A DNA stretch of 64,000 nucleotides from Candidatus Bathyarchaeota archaeon (GTDB taxonomy: Archaea > Thermoproteota > Bathyarchaeia > Bathyarchaeales > DTEX01). The first letter of the stretch is position 1, and every line of letters begins with the position of its first letter. Made by a program: the position numbers and the translations under genes. Under the pieces are notes generated by a model. The model worked only from the letters and a program-made list of their open reading frames with translations. It was not told the origin of the DNA and ran no database searches. The stretch is taken from positions 32,001 through 96,000 of the forward strand of contig CAVQNT010000002.1 of NCBI GenBank assembly GCA_963714275.1. The letters run 5' to 3'. This document shows, piece by piece, positions 59,152-64,000 of this stretch.

Positions 59152-60555
59152 TTACATATTTATTTCTAGAGTTTTGAACAAAATAAACATATTAGAAATT
59201 GCAATATAGTAGCTAGTTATTATTTTTGTTTTGTCCATTTGCGAGTCATCCTGAGTCTTTACATTGAATTTTAACAAGTCCATGACATCGTTTTTCCACT
59301 GTTCTGTCGAAGTATGAATTACCCTACCTATGTATAAACTTCTAAGCAACCTGAGTGATGGGATTCTCTGTGTTGCTATTTTGTATTTAAAATAGGCTGG
59401 TTCATCAAGTCTATTGTCTGGCAGATATATTGGTTCTCGTCGAAAGTTTATGTCAATCATGCACCGATTTATTGTCTTGAGTACATTGTCTGTTTCTTTG
59501 TCAAGTATTCAAGGCTCGTGTAGTTTAGATATTCTGTTCTACTAACTATCCTAAAGAAGTAGGTTGCTTTTCCAACGCTTTCTTCTCCGGTTGTTTCCGT
59601 TGCTTCCATTGCTACAGCATTTCCGTAACCTTTTTCGGTAATACTGTAGATTGGCATGAGAAACCAGATGTATTCACCTGTTAAGTCTCCCATTAGACCT
59701 TGCTTGAAGCCAATACAGATTCTTTCTTGCCGAGCTAAGTCTTTAAGAAAAATGTATGATTCATTTAATCCTAAATCAGTTACCTTTTTTTCAAGAGCGT
59801 TCCAAACTTTCGGATTGATAAGTTCTATGTCCATACGCCTCGCAGCTTTCCCTTCTTTTAGAATGCTGGCGATTCTTCTAAGAGAGACAGGATCTATTCC
59901 TGGGTAAAGCTCTGCTAGTGATGTAGCGATTTTAGTTTGAAGGGCATTATAAGCATCTGAAAATGCTTTAAGGAAGGGGTCAAATTCTGAGCCCATCTTT
60001 GAAAAAAGGAATTGTTCTCCAAAATCTGTACTAATCTTAATAGTATAGGTTTCTTTTGAAACGTTGGCAATGTCGCTATATGGTACTCTGAACACTTCGC
60101 CTTTTTGAGGAATAACAATGAAACCCGTCTCATAGAGACGAAGTTTCCCAGCATCCCTTTGTCTTTCACTGCCAGTTTCATCCAGAATAAATAAATTCCA
60201 TGTCAATGTCTGGTTTTATAACAGTCTCGTTCATAAGCAGATCTTTGATTATTACTTCATTCCTTAAATCGGTTAGAATTCTCAGAAAATCTTCATAATA
60301 GTTGCCTAGGTTGAATAGGATAAGTTTTTCTTTGGAAGTTAGAAATAACGAAATTTTATAATTTTCCGCTTCAATCGTGATTATATTTCTTAAATGGAAG
60401 GCTAGAATATTGCCAAATGTTGGTAATATGGTTAGATACTCTTTATCAATTGTTCCTTCACATTCGCCACTTGAAATCTCTTTTTCGCCTTCATCTAGAA
60501 GGATATAGTTCATATGTCCTTGAATTGCAGTTTTTCTTTCTTCCTCGTTTTCCAA
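59152..60555 (-). CDS. Hypothetical protein, probably one gene split by indels
   Basis: Three contiguous co-oriented ORFs (60178-60555, 59469-60206, 59152-59460) overlapping at their ends. Confidence 0.55.
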
Positions 60556-60590
60556 TTATATTCCTTTATTGTGTCTCTTTATATGAAAGA

Positions 60591-61277
60591 TTATTCTGCG
60601 ATTTGTTTAGAAGAGTTTATTTCCGCATTCATTACAGAATCTGAGCCTGGAGGGTTTTGTGCACCGCATTTTGAACATTTTGACATCGAAAGAGGAGCAC
60701 CACAATTGTTACAGAATTTGCCTCCTCCAGCTGGTTTTCCACATTGTGGACATACGGTTTGTGTGGCTTTGATTTCACCGGTAAAAATTTGTGTTTCTTC
60801 TGCTTTTTTCCATATTTGTTCTTTTCTTTCAGTGGCTCTTGCAGCTGCAATTTCGGTTGCAGCTCTAGGCGCATCTTCAACGCAGAGACCGTCTTCATCG
60901 TTCCAGCATGTGTCATCTACCCAATGCATACATTTTGGGCACTTGTGAAAATGTCCCATGGCTTCGTTTTGAGCTAGTTTGAATGCTTCTTCATGCTCTT
61001 TATGCCATTCTGGAGACATACCTTGGAATCTTTCAGCAATTACATCTGTGCCAGTTTCAACTTGATATCCTGGTCCTCGTCCAGTGATAGAGGAAGCAAT
61101 GGATGCGGCTCTACCCAAGCCTCTGAGTAATCCCGCTTTCTTGTAAGTTTTAGATTCAATGAACCCAGTTTTATAGCCATCCTGGCAAACGTCACAGAAA
61201 AATGTAAATTCGAAGCCTGCTTCTGTGCTATTATCAGCATAATTTTTCGTAAAGGGGATAAACGGCATTTCTATCAC
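60591..61277 (-). CDS. Double zinc-ribbon domain protein
   Basis: CDVC, CPKC..WV...CW...LC, CPQCG...FCNNCG, CSKCG. Confidence 0.8.
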   Translation of the reverse strand: MIEMPFIPFTKNYADNSTEAGFEFTFFCDVCQDGYKTGFIESKTYKKAGLLRGLGRAASIASSITGRGPGYQVETGTDVIAERFQGMSPEWHKEHEEAFKLAQNEAMGHFHKCPKCMHWVDDTCWNDEDGLCVEDAPRAATEIAAARATERKEQIWKKAEETQIFTGEIKATQTVCPQCGKPAGGGKFCNNCGAPLSMSKCSKCGAQNPPGSDSVMNAEINSSKQIAE

Positions 61278-61390
61278 TCCTTTTCTCTAATAGATTAAAA
61301 GTATAGCGAATATAATAGGCTTATGTTTACTCAAAAATAAAATATATTACCACAATGTTGTTATACATTTGTTAGCCAGTGGGATGTTTT

Positions 61391-61709
61391 ATGTCAAGTT
61401 ACAAAAAACCATGCAAATATTGTGGACAAGCTGGTTCCCCCAAATTCAAATGTTTGTCCATTCTGCAGCAAAGTGAACCCTTTAGAATGGAGATGCCCAA
61501 AATGTCGTGCTTTAATTCAACCTAACTGGATAAGATGTAACACTTGCGGTCTTTCTCTTCAGATTACTTGTCCTAAATGCGGTAAATCAACATTCTTTGG
61601 TGACTACTGTCAAAATTGTGGTAATCGATTAGTTGTGGAATGTAGGAATTGCCACACAATTCAGCCACCAATAAGTAATAAATGTATTAAATGTGGAAAA
61701 TCGCTTTAA
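61391..61709 (+). CDS. Multi zinc-ribbon protein (indel near 61425)
   Basis: Eight CxxC pairs (CKYC, CPFC, CPKC, CNTC, CPKC, CQNC, CRNC, CIKC). Confidence 0.8.
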
Positions 61710-61881
61710 TTAGAATCAGCAACCTATACTTAGGGTATACTTACATTAATCGGATAGTGGACTTGGCTTATCGTTGTAATGCCTGAAGATGACCTCAACT
61801 CAATTATAATCAAATTCCATTACAAATATACTGTAAAAAGAATCTGAACAAAAAAAGCGACAAAAAACGAATTGTTGATCA

Positions 61882-62988
61882 CTATAGTCCCCACCAGTTG
61901 CCTTTTGGCTTTACATCCTCATCTAATTCTTTGGCTAGCTGTTCAAGTAAGGTCTTTTGTTGAGATGTAAGTTTCTTAGGAACCGTTACATCAACCTTAA
62001 CTCTTAAGTCACCTCTACCGTATCCTTTGAACCTTGGCATACCCTGACCTTTGAGTCTTAAGATTTCGCCCGGCTGTGTTCCTGGCGGAATTCTTACGTT
62101 GGACTTTCCATTAATTACAGGTATTGTAACTTCGGTGCCTAATGCTGCTTGAGCAATCCCGATTTTAAGATTGTAGAGAAGATCATTTCCATCTCTTATG
62201 AAATACTGATGAGGCAAAACGTGAATCAATACATATAAATCTCCAGGTGATCCTGCTTCGGACATTTCTCCTTCTCCCATTAATCTTAATTGATATTCTT
62301 CATCTATTCCTGGCGGTATCTTGACAGTGATTCTTCGTGTTCTTTCCGCAAGTCCTCTTCCTCTACAATTATGACACGGGGTGTCAATGATTATCCCTTT
62401 TCCTCTGCACGTGGGGCATGGTGTGACTCTTACAAACACTCCAAATGCATTTCTGACAGAACTTCGTATTTTTCCCGCTCCATTACATCTTGTGCACTGT
62501 TTGGGTGATGTTCCGGGTTCAGCTCCACTGCCTTCACAGACATTGCACTTTTCGATTCTTTCGATTTGTATTTCCTTTTCTACACCGTTTGCTGCCTCTT
62601 CAAGCGTGACATTAAGTTCGTAAGCGAGGTCTCTACCTCTTACACTTCTTTCTCTGTAGCCTCTGTTACCAAAAAAGACGCTGAATATGTCTCCAAAGCC
62701 AAAGTCCCTTAATATTGAATCAAAATCAGCGCCCCTGAAAATGTCTTCTGTAGTGTAATGTTGGTCAAAACCTGCATGGCCAAGTTGATCGTATTGGGCT
62801 TTCTTTTCATCGTCCGAAAGTACAGCGTAGGCTTCTGATATTTCCTTGAATTTTTCTTCAGCGTCAGGCGCCTTGTTCCTATCAGGATGATACTGTAGAG
62901 CCAGCTTTCTATAAACGTCTTTTACTTGTTCTTTTGTAGCGGTTTTGGGAACTCCAAGGACTTCATAGTAATCTTTTTTGCTGGACAT
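61882..62988 (-). CDS. dnaJ: Chaperone DnaJ
   Basis: HPD J-domain, four CxxCxGxG repeats, EDIFRGADF. Confidence 0.96.
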   Translation of the reverse strand: MSSKKDYYEVLGVPKTATKEQVKDVYRKLALQYHPDRNKAPDAEEKFKEISEAYAVLSDDEKKAQYDQLGHAGFDQHYTTEDIFRGADFDSILRDFGFGDIFSVFFGNRGYRERSVRGRDLAYELNVTLEEAANGVEKEIQIERIEKCNVCEGSGAEPGTSPKQCTRCNGAGKIRSSVRNAFGVFVRVTPCPTCRGKGIIIDTPCHNCRGRGLAERTRRITVKIPPGIDEEYQLRLMGEGEMSEAGSPGDLYVLIHVLPHQYFIRDGNDLLYNLKIGIAQAALGTEVTIPVINGKSNVRIPPGTQPGEILRLKGQGMPRFKGYGRGDLRVKVDVTVPKKLTSQQKTLLEQLAKELDEDVKPKGNWWGL

Positions 62989-63041
62989 ATCTGAACCATC
63001 AGATTGTAATAGAGGCGCTAGATTAACTCGTTAAAAGACCC

Positions 63042-64000
63042 CTACTTTACTTTGTAGTCTTCTGAGTCAACTACCTTTTCTTCGCTAGATTCCGATGGTG
63101 GTGCTTCGCTGGGTTGTCCTTTCTGCTTTGCCTGTTCCGCAGCTGCTTGTTGATAAATTGTTGTCCCTACATCTTGGAGAACTTTCATGAGTTCGTCAGA
63201 CTTTACCTTTGTTTTTTCAGAATCGGTGCCTGCTAAAGCATCCTTTAGTGCTGAAACTGCCGCGTCTATCTTATTCTTAGATTCCTCAGTGAGTTTTTCC
63301 CCCAAATCCTTTTTAGTTTTCTCTGCGGTGTAGATAAGATTATCAGCATTGTTTCTTATATCAGCCTCTTCCCGTTTCTTCTTATCCTGTTCAGTAAACT
63401 GTTCTGCTTCTCTAACCAGGCGCTCTTTTTCCTCTTTGGACAGTTTAGTTGAGGCTGTAATGGTTATTTTTGCTTCTTTGCTAGTTCCTAGGTCCTTTGC
63501 TGTAACGTTCAATATTCCGTTTGCATCAATGTCAAATGTAACCTCAATCTGTGGTACACCTCTGGGTGCTGGAGGAATGCCTTCCAGGTTGAACATGCCA
63601 AGGGAAATATTATCCGATGCCATTGTCCGCTCACCTTGAAGCACATGGATTGTGACTGCTGTCTGGAAGTCTGCAGCTGTTGAAAATGTTTGGCTTCTCC
63701 TAGTGGGTATTGTCGTGTTTTTCTCAAGTATTCTAGTAAATACGCGTCCAAGGGTCTCAACGCCCAAAGACAAAGGCGTAACATCAAGCAGAAGCAAGTC
63801 TTTTACTTCTCCCGTTAAGACTGCCCCTTGAATTGCTGCGCCTATCGCTACACATTCCATTGGGTCTACACCTCTTTCTGCCGGTTTACCCATTAACTGT
63901 TCTACGAACCTTTGGACGTAAGGCATTCTAGTCATTCCACCGATGAGAATTATTTTGTCTATGTCTTTTGGAGTCAACTTAGCGTCTTCCAAGGCTTTCA
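63042..64000 (-). CDS. dnaK: Chaperone DnaK, 3' part (runs off window)
   Basis: [50 protein letters not shown]. Confidence 0.97.
   Translation of the reverse strand, partial: KALEDAKLTPKDIDKIILIGGMTRMPYVQRFVEQLMGKPAERGVDPMECVAIGAAIQGAVLTGEVKDLLLLDVTPLSLGVETLGRVFTRILEKNTTIPTRRSQTFSTAADFQTAVTIHVLQGERTMASDNISLGMFNLEGIPPAPRGVPQIEVTFDIDANGILNVTAKDLGTSKEAKITITASTKLSKEEKERLVREAEQFTEQDKKKREEADIRNNADNLIYTAEKTKKDLGEKLTEESKNKIDAAVSALKDALAGTDSEKTKVKSDELMKVLQDVGTTIYQQAAAEQAKQKGQPSEAPPSESSEEKVVDSEDYKVK

Noticed and set aside
1-64000. CRISPR array, tRNA or rRNA genes
   Set aside because: No regularly spaced identical repeats with unique spacers, and no cloverleaf or rRNA-like tract was recognised. The repeats seen are hairpins, MITEs and attC sites.
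48450-64000. Archaeal genes captured as integron cassettes
   Set aside because: No attC sites, genes lie on both strands, the first gene is truncated and housekeeping dnaK/dnaJ are included; a chimera is more parsimonious.

Overview
The window joins two very different DNAs. 1 to ~48,440 is moderately GC-rich DNA from an anaerobic deltaproteobacterium-like (Desulfobacterota-like) organism. It carries three 2-oxoacid:ferredoxin oxidoreductase (OFOR) sets and Tct, TRAP and TAXI transporters. It also has a sugar-acid-type catabolic cluster, many nested MITE/REP/heptamer-repeat hairpins, and a decayed integron (two intI remnants, attI, three gene cassettes, one ORF-less palindromic attC module). 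From ~48,450 to the end the DNA is AT-rich and archaeal-looking (Bathyarchaeia-like). It starts mid-gene in an MscS channel, includes ArsR-MEDS, DUF2341 and double-zinc-ribbon genes, and ends in dnaK-dnaJ; the join is most likely an assembly or read chimera. Many genes have single-base frameshifts typical of uncorrected long reads. The best candidate for an undescribed system is the IclR-led minus-strand cluster 28,424 to 18,984. It couples a very divergent LarA (nickel-pincer)-fold protein and a 4Fe-4S/BFD ferredoxin with a non-canonical NadC-like phosphoribosyltransferase, a MoCF/CinA-N protein, a metal-site-altered M24 hydrolase, MhpD and UbiD. No larBCE is present in the window. All family calls come from motif recognition by eye; no database searches were run.
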